This document shows, in pieces, positions 19,681 to 28,929 of a stretch of 64,000 nt of DNA. Below the pieces are notes generated by a model. It searched no databases, was not told the DNA's origin, and saw only the letters and a program-made list of their open reading frames with translations. The stretch is from Candidatus Melainabacteria bacterium 17Bon1m (lineage in GTDB: Bacteria > Cyanobacteriota > Vampirovibrionia > Obscuribacterales > Obscuribacteraceae). The position numbers were made by a program, and so were the translations under genes. The first letter of the stretch is position 1, and each line of letters opens with the position of its first letter. The DNA lies in assembly GCA_032128875.1 (NCBI GenBank), contig JAVLKG010000001.1, positions 1,090,443-1,154,442 on the forward strand, read 5' to 3'.

Positions 19681-19690
19681 TAGTTGTACT

Positions 19691-19714
19691 GTAGGGGCGG
19701 CATTCATGCCGCCC
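19691..19714 (+). repeat. GTAG-type REP palindrome (single)
   Basis: GTAG-GGGCGGCAT-TC-ATGCCGCCC about 10 nt after the mobA stop; same architecture as 49055-49108. Confidence 0.7.
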
Positions 19715-19774
19715 GCGTAATTTCTTTGGTTGCTATTTCTTATATAATTTCGCTTCCACTTCAGGGAGTCTGCC

Positions 19775-21004
19775 ATGGCCAAGCCACAAGGAAATCACGT
19801 CCAGTTGTTGATTGGCACCCGCAAGGGCGCCTTTACGCTCACATCGGATCCGGTGCGTTCAACCTGGAAACTTGAAGGACCACTGTATTTGGGTCACATC
19901 GTTTACCACTACATGGTCGATCCTCGTGACGCCAGTTCGCAGATTATGGCGATGAAGGCTGGGCACCTTGGACCGACCGTCTTCTTTTCGAAAGATGGTG
20001 GCAAAACATGGAAAGAATCCTCGAAGCCGCCGCAATTTCCGAAGGCAGTTACACACGAAAACGGCAAGCCAGACCCTGACAAGAATATTGCCGAGATGGA
20101 TGCGGATAAGAGTGGAGAAACGGGAAAGGAAGGCGGAGCGGACGGAAAGAAAGATGGCAGCGCAGTAAGTGTTGTTTTCTGGCTGTCTCCTGGGCATGAA
20201 ACCCAACCTGGTGTTTGGTACGCAGGTTCTGCACCACCCGGTATGTTTATCACCACAGATGGTGGCGATACATGGACGCCGGTCGAGGGTTTTAATAAAT
20301 ACTGCCAGGACACAGACGGCTTGCACGGCGAGGGGGAAACACCTGGCGGGCAACTAACACACTCTATTCTCATCGACCCGCGTGATCCGAATCACATGTA
20401 CGTTTCAATTTCAGTCGGTGGAACATTCGAATCCCACGACGCCGGCGCGACCTGGAAGCCTTTGAATAAGGGCGTTGAAGCTGAGTGGCTGCCTGACCCG
20501 GAAGCCGAACACGGACACGATCCCCACTTTGTTGTAATGCATCCGGCAGATCCGGATCGTCTCTATCAGCAAAATCACTGCGGAATCTATCGCATGGATA
20601 GAAAGGACGGCAAGTGGATTCGAGTTGGAAACAACATGCCGAAAGAAATCGGCGATATCGGCTTTCCTATTGTTACTCATCCGCACGATGTTAATCGGGC
20701 CTGGGTTTTTCCAATGGATGGAACAACCGTGTGGCCACGCACTAGTCCAGGTGGAAGACCTGCAGTGTATGAAACTACTGACGCAGGCGAATCCTGGCAC
20801 CGTCATGATCTTGGCTTGCCGACAGAGCACGGCTATTTCACCGTGAAGCGCCAGGCGATGTGTGCAGATGCTCAACTGCCTATGGGGCTTTACTTTGGCA
20901 CCACTGGTGGTGAGATCTGGGGAAGTCTGGACGAAGGAAAAAGCTTTGACTGTATTGTCAGGCACTTGCCCGAGATCTACTCAATTACTGCGACTCTGGT
21001 TTAG
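19775..21004 (+). CDS. BNR/Asp-box beta-propeller protein, no signal peptide
   Basis: Asp-boxes SKDGGKTW, TTDGGDTW, SHDAGATW, TTDAGESW, SLDEGKSF. Confidence 0.88.
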   Translation: MAKPQGNHVQLLIGTRKGAFTLTSDPVRSTWKLEGPLYLGHIVYHYMVDPRDASSQIMAMKAGHLGPTVFFSKDGGKTWKESSKPPQFPKAVTHENGKPDPDKNIAEMDADKSGETGKEGGADGKKDGSAVSVVFWLSPGHETQPGVWYAGSAPPGMFITTDGGDTWTPVEGFNKYCQDTDGLHGEGETPGGQLTHSILIDPRDPNHMYVSISVGGTFESHDAGATWKPLNKGVEAEWLPDPEAEHGHDPHFVVMHPADPDRLYQQNHCGIYRMDRKDGKWIRVGNNMPKEIGDIGFPIVTHPHDVNRAWVFPMDGTTVWPRTSPGGRPAVYETTDAGESWHRHDLGLPTEHGYFTVKRQAMCADAQLPMGLYFGTTGGEIWGSLDEGKSFDCIVRHLPEIYSITATLV

Positions 21005-21022
21005 CTTTCGGGAGCGAACATC

Positions 21023-21283
21023 GTGCTAGTACACATTCCCAGCCCGCTGCGTTCCTATACCAATGGGGCTTCAAAAGTCGAAGCGGAAGGCACAAGTGTT
21101 GATGAAATGCTCGATCATTTGGACAAACAATTTCCAGGTATCAAGTTTCGTATGATTGATGAGCAAAGCCGGATGCGTCAGCACATCAGGATCTTCGTTA
21201 ACAAAGACACTGTGGAAACCGTAAAAGCACCGCTCAAATCAGCCGACGAAGTGCGCATCATCTGCGCCCTTTCCGGAGGGTAG
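21023..21283 (+). CDS. MoaD/ThiS/CysO-family ubiquitin-like (beta-grasp) protein
   Basis: 86 aa, 'IPSPLRSYT...IRIFVN', C-terminal 'ALSGG'. Confidence 0.92.
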   Translation: MLVHIPSPLRSYTNGASKVEAEGTSVDEMLDHLDKQFPGIKFRMIDEQSRMRQHIRIFVNKDTVETVKAPLKSADEVRIICALSGG

Positions 21284-21289
21284 GGCTCG

Positions 21290-22033
21290 ATGTTTCTTTC
21301 TCGACTAGTTGATTGGAAACCCTTATGTGTCTTTTTGACAATTTGTTATTTTGCAAGTTGCTTGCCTTCAATCGCATCGTTCATCACCATAGTCTACGTA
21401 CTACCGAAGACCAAGTTTGAAGAATATTGCAAAATAGCGGAACTAGTACCTAAGTCGCAAGCGCCGGAACGGTCATTAGTCCCGATGATTGCGGTCGCTG
21501 GCAGAAGATCAGAAACGCTCAAAGAGAAGCGGCTGCGTGAACGTGCTGATCGCGCCCAGAAATTTCTTGATGTAAACGGAAAAGAGCCGTACAAATACAA
21601 TTGGTCTGGAATTGTTCTTATGGAAGTTCTAAAGACGCTAAAAGAAGTGAACGGTATAGATCTTATGGAGCGCTCCATTCGAAATCCAGATGATTACTAT
21701 GATTGGTATGTCTTCGATGAAGGCATTAAGACCAAATATCTCGATAAGCTGAATCCGAGCAATTTCACTGCAAAGGGACTTGAAGCGTCTTTCATCGCAA
21801 ACGAAAAACGAGAGCGCGAAGAGACCAAAAGAGATTTTCAAATTCGCAGCGAAGAACTGTTAACGAAAGGAAAAATTACCAAGGAGCAGCTGAAGCAACT
21901 AGTTGGTACTATGGAAGTTCAGGAAGCATTTCCGGAAAGGGGTAAAGCCATGATGGATTCCGTTATTTTCCTCCACCGGTATTTGCAATTTGCTGACCGC
22001 AATAATATGGTGATCTTACAGATCGTACAGTAA
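21290..22033 (+). CDS. Hypothetical protein, possible signal peptide
   Basis: 247-aa ORF starting 6 nt after the Ubl gene; hydrophobic N-terminus. Confidence 0.6.
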   Translation: MFLSRLVDWKPLCVFLTICYFASCLPSIASFITIVYVLPKTKFEEYCKIAELVPKSQAPERSLVPMIAVAGRRSETLKEKRLRERADRAQKFLDVNGKEPYKYNWSGIVLMEVLKTLKEVNGIDLMERSIRNPDDYYDWYVFDEGIKTKYLDKLNPSNFTAKGLEASFIANEKREREETKRDFQIRSEELLTKGKITKEQLKQLVGTMEVQEAFPERGKAMMDSVIFLHRYLQFADRNNMVILQIVQ

Positions 22034-22051
22034 AAAAACGTTGGTTTGCGG

Positions 22052-22963
22052 TTATCTCTCTTTGAGGGAAAAAACAGACTTGGCGTAGCGGTATAGTTCT
22101 ATGTCGAAAGAGTTCAATGTTTCGATGAGTTTAATTGCCTCAGGGTCTACTTCTTGCAGGCTTTTTCGATCTGCGTTGATGTTCAATTTTTCTTCTTCTG
22201 TATTCCAACCAAATTGTTTGCTAACGAATGGAAGAAATTCGCTGTACTCGTCAGTGAAGCCAACAAAATCGAAGTGATGCAGCAAATTGTTTTTTGCACT
22301 CTCAAGCATTTCCTGTGTGCAGGCACCCCAAGTTATGCTGTTTGTGTCGCATCCTGTAAGCATTCGCAGCATAGGATTGTCGGTCGTAAGATCGAACCTT
22401 GACTGCGCAAAATCCACCAGCGACATGTTTCTCTCCACTATCTGCTTTCCAATTGGATTTGCGTCGGCGATGCTGCGCAGGTAGTAGTAGAGAGAAACCA
22501 GTCGGTCGACCGGTTCGCGCAGTATCGTCACGTAACAGCATTCACGCTTTAAGAGCTGATCTATGCGCAGATAAAACGAGCTGTGTCCTGTTACCGCTTG
22601 CAGATTCTCCAACCGCTCGTTCAAGGAACTTTGAAGTGCTTCTCTGTCATGAAGCTGTTCGCTAGGAATCTCATACAGAGCGCCGCCTTTGTAGTTCTTA
22701 TACAAAGTTCCAGCAAAGCTGCTTCCTGCTGTCTTTGGAATATGTATGAAGACGATTAGCGGCAGCTCTGAAGTCTTTGAATAGCCTTTGACTGCATCGA
22801 GTTGGAAACGATTCTGGCGCGCGGTCCACTGCTCATTTAGATTTGCAGTTATTAGTCTGGCAAGGCGCTCTTTGTAATTCTGCTCTCTAAGCGCGGCTTT
22901 CAAGCTGTCATTGCTGCTCGGCTTGAAATAGAGGCGCTTCAGTGAGTTCAATGATTTCAACAT
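22052..22963 (-). CDS. Sulfotransferase family protein
   Basis: 5'-PSB 'FIHIPKTAGSS' and 3'-PB 'LREPVDRLVSLYYY'; C-terminal 'DIELYRYAK'. Confidence 0.88.
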   Translation of the reverse strand: MLKSLNSLKRLYFKPSSNDSLKAALREQNYKERLARLITANLNEQWTARQNRFQLDAVKGYSKTSELPLIVFIHIPKTAGSSFAGTLYKNYKGGALYEIPSEQLHDREALQSSLNERLENLQAVTGHSSFYLRIDQLLKRECCYVTILREPVDRLVSLYYYLRSIADANPIGKQIVERNMSLVDFAQSRFDLTTDNPMLRMLTGCDTNSITWGACTQEMLESAKNNLLHHFDFVGFTDEYSEFLPFVSKQFGWNTEEEKLNINADRKSLQEVDPEAIKLIETLNSFDIELYRYAKSVFSLKER

Positions 22964-22975
22964 GGTGCTTTGCGT

Positions 22976-24247
22976 TTAGTATCTTGGCATTGAGCGATCT
23001 ACATCTAACGCCCACGCGGTGATTCCACCTGTGAGGTTGCGGACTTTCTTGAAGCCGTTTCTCCTCATGACACTGGCGGCGTGATGGCTGCGAACTCCAG
23101 CGTGGCAATAGACAACGATGTCCTCATTCTTGTCCAGCTCGTTCATCCTGCGTTCTAATTCAGGAAGCGGAATCAAATGTGAGTTGGCGAGATTGCATAT
23201 CATTGTTTCTTCGATGCTGCGAACATCCAGCAAATAAGGGCTCTTTCCTGCCTTTATAAGATCGCTAAGTTCGGTTGCGCTGATTGCCGTTGGGAAAGTA
23301 TCCTCAGCATCACGCGATTGATTTTTGCTCGGCACTTCAGTTTTTTCCTTATCGTTTTTCTTAGATTCGGAATTCTTTTCGGAAGAACAAACGAAGTTGG
23401 TTTCTTCCAAAGTCGTGATGCTTGGCTTTTCTCCGCAGAGTGGGCATTTTACATTGCGCTTCAGATTTACAGTGTCGAAGTTTGCTTCCAATGCATCATA
23501 TAAAAGCAAGCGACCCAACAGTGTCTGTCCTTTGCCGAGCAATAACTTTATTGCTTCAGCCGCTTGAATAGAGCCGATTACTCCGGCAAGAACACCGAGA
23601 ACACCGCCTTCTGCACAGTTTGGAACCGCACCTGTTTCAGGTGGATCGGGGTAGATGCAGCGGTAACAGGGACCGTGCGGTGGATAGAAAACGGTTGCTT
23701 GACCTTCGAAACGGAAGATCGAGCCGTACACCAGCGGTTTTTTTCCTAAAACACAAGCATCATTGACGAGATATCGCGTTTGGAAATTGTCCGTGCCATC
23801 AATAACTACGTCGTAGTTTGAAATCAACTTGAGAGCGTTGTCTACCGATATACGCTCCTCATGCACTATAACATTGACCTCAGGATTCACTTCCAGCAAG
23901 CGAGCTCTTGCTGACTGCGTTTTTTTCTTGCCTACATTCTCTGTCGAATGCAGAATCTGCCGCTGCAGATTCGAGAGTTCAACCGAGTCGAAATCAACGA
24001 TTCCGATAGTTCCAACCCCCGCGGCCGCGAGATACAGGCTAATAGGCGAACCCAAGCCGCCCATGCCGATGACGAGCGCACGCGACTGTTTCAACCTGAG
24101 CTGACCTTCTTTACCGACTTCTTCGAGGAGAAGATGTCGGCTGTATCTGGTCAATTCAGAGGAGGAAAGTGTATCTGCCGCGCACTGGGAGGCTGTTCCA
24201 CACTTCGAGTCTGTTTCAGGGTTTGAATTGGACTTTGATTGAGTCAT
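22976..24247 (-). CDS. moeB: ThiF/MoeB-family E1 adenylyltransferase with C-terminal rhodanese (MoeZ/MoeBR type)
   Basis: 'RYSRHL', 'GMGGLG', 'SNLQRQ', CYRC/CPLC zinc ligands, rhodanese 'YCHAGVRS'; start uncertain (24247 or 24322). Confidence 0.93.
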   Translation of the reverse strand: MTQSKSNSNPETDSKCGTASQCAADTLSSSELTRYSRHLLLEEVGKEGQLRLKQSRALVIGMGGLGSPISLYLAAAGVGTIGIVDFDSVELSNLQRQILHSTENVGKKKTQSARARLLEVNPEVNVIVHEERISVDNALKLISNYDVVIDGTDNFQTRYLVNDACVLGKKPLVYGSIFRFEGQATVFYPPHGPCYRCIYPDPPETGAVPNCAEGGVLGVLAGVIGSIQAAEAIKLLLGKGQTLLGRLLLYDALEANFDTVNLKRNVKCPLCGEKPSITTLEETNFVCSSEKNSESKKNDKEKTEVPSKNQSRDAEDTFPTAISATELSDLIKAGKSPYLLDVRSIEETMICNLANSHLIPLPELERRMNELDKNEDIVVYCHAGVRSHHAASVMRRNGFKKVRNLTGGITAWALDVDRSMPRY

Positions 24248-24456
24248 ATGCGTGCTAAATAACCGTGGATTCGACTGCTGCAGCTCAGCTGAGGGCGATT
24301 TCGTCTTGAGAAGTGAAATCATAGCAGGCGCGACCTGCCAATAGGTTTGTGAACTGTATGGGTGCCACTCTCATGTGTTTCATTGTGCGCTAAAGTGCGT
24401 TAAGTGTCTGGGCGCCAGCGCCCGCCGAAAATCATTAAGATGGGAAATCGCAAGAG

Positions 24457-24843
24457 ATGGAAAAGGCCAATATAATCGCTGCCTGGATTGCCATTCTCGT
24501 TGGATTTTTCGCCGGAGTCATACCAGGGCTGTTTTTCCATGACGAAGAATGGATGGGCGGCTATTCCAGCTGGCCGCGGCGGCTAATGCGCCTGGGCCAT
24601 GTTTCATTCTTCGGCATCGCTTTCGTTAACTTCGCATTCGCTTTTACAGTCGGACACCTCCAGTTGACGGGCGATTTGGTTAAGACCTCGTCCATCCTAT
24701 TTATCGTTGCGCAGATTGCCATGCCAACAATCTGCTATGGAGCATCACTTAAGAAAGTGTTGCGCAACCTGTTTTTCATCCCTGTGCTCAGCCTTATTAT
24801 TGGCGCATCAGCACTTTTGGTTGCCATTTTTCAGGGGCGCTAA
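24457..24843 (+). CDS. Small 4-TM membrane protein
   Basis: Hydrophobic segments around 'WMGGYSSWPRRLMRLGH'; stop is 2 nt before the radical SAM start. Confidence 0.8.
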   Translation: MEKANIIAAWIAILVGFFAGVIPGLFFHDEEWMGGYSSWPRRLMRLGHVSFFGIAFVNFAFAFTVGHLQLTGDLVKTSSILFIVAQIAMPTICYGASLKKVLRNLFFIPVLSLIIGASALLVAIFQGR

Positions 24844-24845
24844 GC

Positions 24846-26186
24846 TTGAAAATTGCACTTATATCAATGAATGGGATTCGCGCCAACGACAAGGAATTGT
24901 TGCGGCTCGGTCTGAACTTGCCGGGCTTTGTTGAGCGAAGTCGGGCAATCGCGTCGCTGCCAAGTCTGGGATTACTTACCCTGGGCGCACTTACGCCGTC
25001 TGAGCACGACCAAACTTACCTTGAAATTCCAGATATTAATGAGATGACAGCTCTGCCAAGCGGGTTTGACCTCGCGGCCATTTCCTGCTTTAGCGCTCAA
25101 ATCGCTGAAGCCTATCAACTTGCAGACCGGCTTAGATTGGCAGGGACGAAAGTTGTTATGGGCGGCAATCATGTCTCTAGCGAAACCGAAGAAGCGCTGG
25201 AGCACGCGGATTGCGTGATGATTGGAGAGGGTGAACTCTTTTGGCAGACGATGCTTTCAGATGCTGAATCTGGCTGTTTGAAGGAAACATACGGCAGCAT
25301 GTTCGGAAATTTCAACCTTTCAGACTCCCCTCTGCCTGCGTATAAGCTTCTGAAACCCGAGAAATATAATCGGGTCACTTTGCAAACGAGTCGGGGCTGT
25401 CCAATGCGCTGCGAGTTCTGCGCAAGCTCTGTTCTCTACACCAGGCGCTACAAGCAAAAGCCGAAAGAGCTTGTGATTGCTGAGATGCAGCAGTTGAAAG
25501 CACTTTTTCCTAGACCATTTATTGAATTTGTTGATGACAATGCTTTTGTTGATCGACGTTACTGGAAAGAACTTTTGCCTGAAATTGCTGAGCAGGATGT
25601 GCGGTGGTTTGCTGAAACGGATGTTTCTGTTGCTGATGATCCGGAAATGCTCGAATCTATGCGTTTGGCGGGCTGCAAGCAGGTCTTGATTGGCTTTGAA
25701 AGCCCTATTGAAGAAGGGTTGAATGGTTTGGAACTCAATTCCAATTGGAAAGCAAAGCGATGGAAAAAGTATAAGCAAGCAATCCAGCGAATCCAATCGC
25801 ACGGTATTCGAGTCATTGCGTGTTTTATGGTCGGGCTTGATGGTCAAGGAGAAGAAATCTTTCCCGCAATCCTCGATTTCGTTCGCGAAGCGACTCCGTT
25901 TGACGTGCAAATTACCGTCCCTACTGCATTTCCGGGAACTCCTTATTACCGTCGGCTGCTCGCAGAAGGTCGTTTGATTGAGCCAAGAGCATGGAGTAAG
26001 TGCACTCTTTTCGATGTCAATTTCAGACCGACAAATATGACAGCAGATGAGCTATCTAGCGGCTTTCGAAGGCTCGGGGTAGAACTCTACGGCGACGATA
26101 TGATGAAACATCGCCGAGAAGGTTTCATGCGCCAATGGAAAGATAATATAATTTGCCGGAGGCGTGCGCACCGAGAGGCAATATGA
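24846..26186 (+). CDS. B12-binding-domain radical SAM enzyme
   Basis: N-terminal cobalamin-binding-like domain ('LGLLTLGAL', 'VVMGGNH', 'IGEGE'); 'SRGCPMRCEFC' CxxxCxxC; 'IGFES', 'PGTP'. Confidence 0.92.
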   Translation: MKIALISMNGIRANDKELLRLGLNLPGFVERSRAIASLPSLGLLTLGALTPSEHDQTYLEIPDINEMTALPSGFDLAAISCFSAQIAEAYQLADRLRLAGTKVVMGGNHVSSETEEALEHADCVMIGEGELFWQTMLSDAESGCLKETYGSMFGNFNLSDSPLPAYKLLKPEKYNRVTLQTSRGCPMRCEFCASSVLYTRRYKQKPKELVIAEMQQLKALFPRPFIEFVDDNAFVDRRYWKELLPEIAEQDVRWFAETDVSVADDPEMLESMRLAGCKQVLIGFESPIEEGLNGLELNSNWKAKRWKKYKQAIQRIQSHGIRVIACFMVGLDGQGEEIFPAILDFVREATPFDVQITVPTAFPGTPYYRRLLAEGRLIEPRAWSKCTLFDVNFRPTNMTADELSSGFRRLGVELYGDDMMKHRREGFMRQWKDNIICRRRAHREAI

Positions 26187-26593
26187 GCGAAAAGGAACTG
26201 AAAACGATATCGGCACTATTTTATTTCAGTTCTGCTTACGACTTTGTACTCGGTGTTGTTTTTTTGCTGGTGGCACCTTGGTTCTTTCGTGTATTTGTTG
26301 TCGATCCGCCCAATCACTGGGGATACATTCAATTTCCCGCATTGCTGCTGATTCTGTTTGGAATTATGTTCTATCAAATTGCTGAAAATCCCAGAGCCAA
26401 CCGCAATTTAATTCCGTACGGATGTCTTCTAAAAGCATCGTACTGCTCTGTTGTTGCATTGCACACTTTTGTTTTTGCCAATATGCCGGACATGTGGAAA
26501 CCCTTTGCTATAGCAGATTTCCTTATGCTTTTAGGCTTTCTTTGGTCGTACACGAAACTCGATCCGAAAAGAATATCTTCGACAGATTTTTGA
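26183..26593 (+). CDS. Small 4-TM membrane protein
   Basis: ATGA overlap with the radical SAM stop; four hydrophobic segments. Confidence 0.78.
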   Translation: MSEKELKTISALFYFSSAYDFVLGVVFLLVAPWFFRVFVVDPPNHWGYIQFPALLLILFGIMFYQIAENPRANRNLIPYGCLLKASYCSVVALHTFVFANMPDMWKPFAIADFLMLLGFLWSYTKLDPKRISSTDF

Positions 26594-26620
26594 AATATGT
26601 CTGAGCAGTGATGCAATGTC

Positions 26621-27028
26621 TTAGATGATGGAAAGCCTTGCTTTGCGCACGATCTCGTCTCGCCACCTTTGGATTTGAGTGGTATCAACACCCAATTCAC
26701 AACTGATTTGCTGGTGGCTTAAGCCTTCACCAATGAGCATCAACAAGTCGATGTCACTGTCGCTCAAGACACCTTCGCCTACATTTGCATCAACGATTGT
26801 GTGAGCGTAGCACGGCGAGAGCAGCTGCTCGCCTTGTACGCAATGCGTCGGTTTATAAGCATTCGACCTTTGCGACGCTCTGCAAATCAAATTATTGATT
26901 TTGACAATATTGTCTATAAGGGCTCCCAGATCTTTATGAGCGTCCGGCTCTTTGACTAAATAACTCATTCTTATTGATCGCTTGCGTGGCTTGCAACACT
27001 CCTGTCCCATGAGTTTGAATTCACGCAA
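26621..27028 (-). CDS. Small protein with LuxR-like C-terminal HTH
   Basis: 'LSDSDIDLLMLIGEGLSHQQISCELGVDTTQIQ' resembles a LuxR/GerE HTH; start uncertain. Confidence 0.55.
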   Translation of the reverse strand: MREFKLMGQECCKPRKRSIRMSYLVKEPDAHKDLGALIDNIVKINNLICRASQRSNAYKPTHCVQGEQLLSPCYAHTIVDANVGEGVLSDSDIDLLMLIGEGLSHQQISCELGVDTTQIQRWRDEIVRKARLSII

Positions 27029-27343
27029 TTGCCCCCCCTAGGGTCAAAATAGCTCACTGGCATTGCGTCCGCCTATTACCAGAAAGAGTGATTTCTCTTC
27101 GGTGAAAATCGAAGTTGGCGAGAAGAATTCAGGCGCACAAAAACGCTGCTAAATTCTTGCTGCTATTACCTTCCATCGATAAGTAACCAATACTTATGGG
27201 TGAAGGAACAATTCGTACCAATAGGGACTGTGCAAGTTTTCGACCCTCACACTTTTATGCAGAAAAAAGGTAAGTCAACGAGTTTTGAATACGCACATTG
27301 ACTAGAGTTCGTTGAAAGCAAAAAGGCGATTGACTTTCTGACT

Positions 27344-27928
27344 CTATGTCATCTGCTTGAGTAGTGCGCGAAGAGCTGCTGTATCAGCGCGTTTCATTGG
27401 TTTGTTTGTGACGGACGAATAGAGGACTGTGTCTCTCCAACTCCACGGGTAGACTGTAATTTCGACTGGGTATTCTCGCTCGTACCATTTCAAATGCACA
27501 AAACGGCCTTTGCGATTGTCCACCAACTCTACGTCGACATCCTCGTAACCCCAGTCTTCAAGCTGGTTTTGCAGCATGGTGTAGTCATCGCTGTAAGCGT
27601 GCAGATCGATATCGGAGCTGTCTCGAATTTGTCCAGATAGTGTACTGCCGATGAGAAAAGGATCTGAGTCTTCTATTACTTGCATTATTTCCAGCGCGAT
27701 TTCGCGCATCTCTCGAATGCGACGTTTTACCTCATCGTGTCCTAACTGGCTGGCGGTGAGTAATGCGATACATTCTTTTATTTTTTTGTTGGACGGCAAA
27801 TGACTATTGCTGGAAAGACCGAGCATCGATATGGCACGCTCCTTCGCGTGCAGATATTCTGCTTCCGCTCCTTCAACAATAAATCGAGCCGCCTCCTCTG
27901 CGACTCTGCGTCTTTCTTTTTTTGGCAT
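27344..27928 (-). CDS. Pol-beta-superfamily nucleotidyltransferase domain protein
   Basis: 'LIGSTLSGQIRDSSDIDLH' hGS...DxD motif with a helical N-terminal domain. Confidence 0.8.
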   Translation of the reverse strand: MPKKERRRVAEEAARFIVEGAEAEYLHAKERAISMLGLSSNSHLPSNKKIKECIALLTASQLGHDEVKRRIREMREIALEIMQVIEDSDPFLIGSTLSGQIRDSSDIDLHAYSDDYTMLQNQLEDWGYEDVDVELVDNRKGRFVHLKWYEREYPVEITVYPWSWRDTVLYSSVTNKPMKRADTAALRALLKQMT

Positions 27929-28026
27929 AAATTTGCAAGTCGAATACTTGCTTTCAGGGCGCTACCGGCCATCGCTGCCGGACATCCGAGACTTCCGCAA
28001 CTTTTAGTCTATCACTCTGCCCAGAA

Positions 28027-28929
28027 TTATCGAAGAGAAGAAAGATGCTTAACAGTGCGCTCGCCTTCTTCCTCTAGAGTGACCGACGAAGGCGATACCG
28101 CTATGACATTCAGAAAGTCGACAGTGTCCCCGGGCGACAGTGCAAGGGTTTTCGGCAGCCTGTATGTGCGCCTTAAATTTTGATCTGTGACCGACATGAA
28201 AGCTTTGTCACCGAGAATACCAACCAGCTTTAGATGTTTTGCTATGGAAGGCTTTTCTGGAGGCGTGGGTAGCTCTGAAAGAGGAAGTGACTCGCCTTGT
28301 GCGCCGGAAAGAATAGGAGGAGGGGGCGGCGGAATTCCGTCTATTGGAGGCGGAGGGATGAGTCCGGTCTTGTGGCTGGAATGCTTCTCTTCCTCAGGTT
28401 TGCTCAGCCTGCGCTCGCCAGAGGTTGGAAATGACCGGTATCCGCTGATTGGCGCCAGGGGATCGATTTTTCCGGCACTTTCTCTAGCCATTGGCGCTGC
28501 CTGTTCGCGTGTAATTGCAGGCAGAGCATAGGCTGATTGAGTGGAGAGAGCTAGTCTTGCCGCAGCAATTTCGGGCGATGTTGTCTTCTCGGTTTCACCC
28601 GGCGACATCAGGTGATTGGGAATGTCTTTGAGAGAATCTTGCAATTTCGCAATATTCGAACCGATCGCATTGGGATCCATTACTTGCGATGCCGTCTTGC
28701 TCACGCCGGTAATGGAATCTGTGATGATGTTTGTAGATGTAGTCGTTGTTACCGTAGTCGTGCTCGTGGCAGCGGCGGCAGCCGGCTTTTGCGCCACACG
28801 CTTAGGCGGAAGCACAGCATTTTGCTCCTCAGCCATTCTGGTTTCATCATTGATGTGATTGATCCACAAGAATGCCCCTCCAATGAGGAGCACACCGGCA
28901 GTGACCAGAAGTATTAATCGGAAAAGCAT
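28027..28929 (-). CDS. PilP-like membrane-anchored Pro-rich protein
   Basis: N-terminal TM, 'GKIDPL' motif, Pro-rich linker, C-terminal beta domain 'LKLVGILGDKAFM...SVTLEE'; directly follows pilO. Confidence 0.65.
   Translation of the reverse strand: MLFRLILLVTAGVLLIGGAFLWINHINDETRMAEEQNAVLPPKRVAQKPAAAAATSTTTVTTTTSTNIITDSITGVSKTASQVMDPNAIGSNIAKLQDSLKDIPNHLMSPGETEKTTSPEIAAARLALSTQSAYALPAITREQAAPMARESAGKIDPLAPISGYRSFPTSGERRLSKPEEEKHSSHKTGLIPPPPIDGIPPPPPPILSGAQGESLPLSELPTPPEKPSIAKHLKLVGILGDKAFMSVTDQNLRRTYRLPKTLALSPGDTVDFLNVIAVSPSSVTLEEEGERTVKHLSSLR

Noticed and set aside
19775-21004. Secreted sialidase or xyloglucanase
   Set aside because: There is no signal peptide and no recognisable sialidase RIP motif; Asp-boxes indicate only the fold.
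27344-27928. MNT-HEPN toxin-antitoxin or CBASS cyclase
   Set aside because: No HEPN or effector neighbour, and the protein is too small for a CD-NTase.
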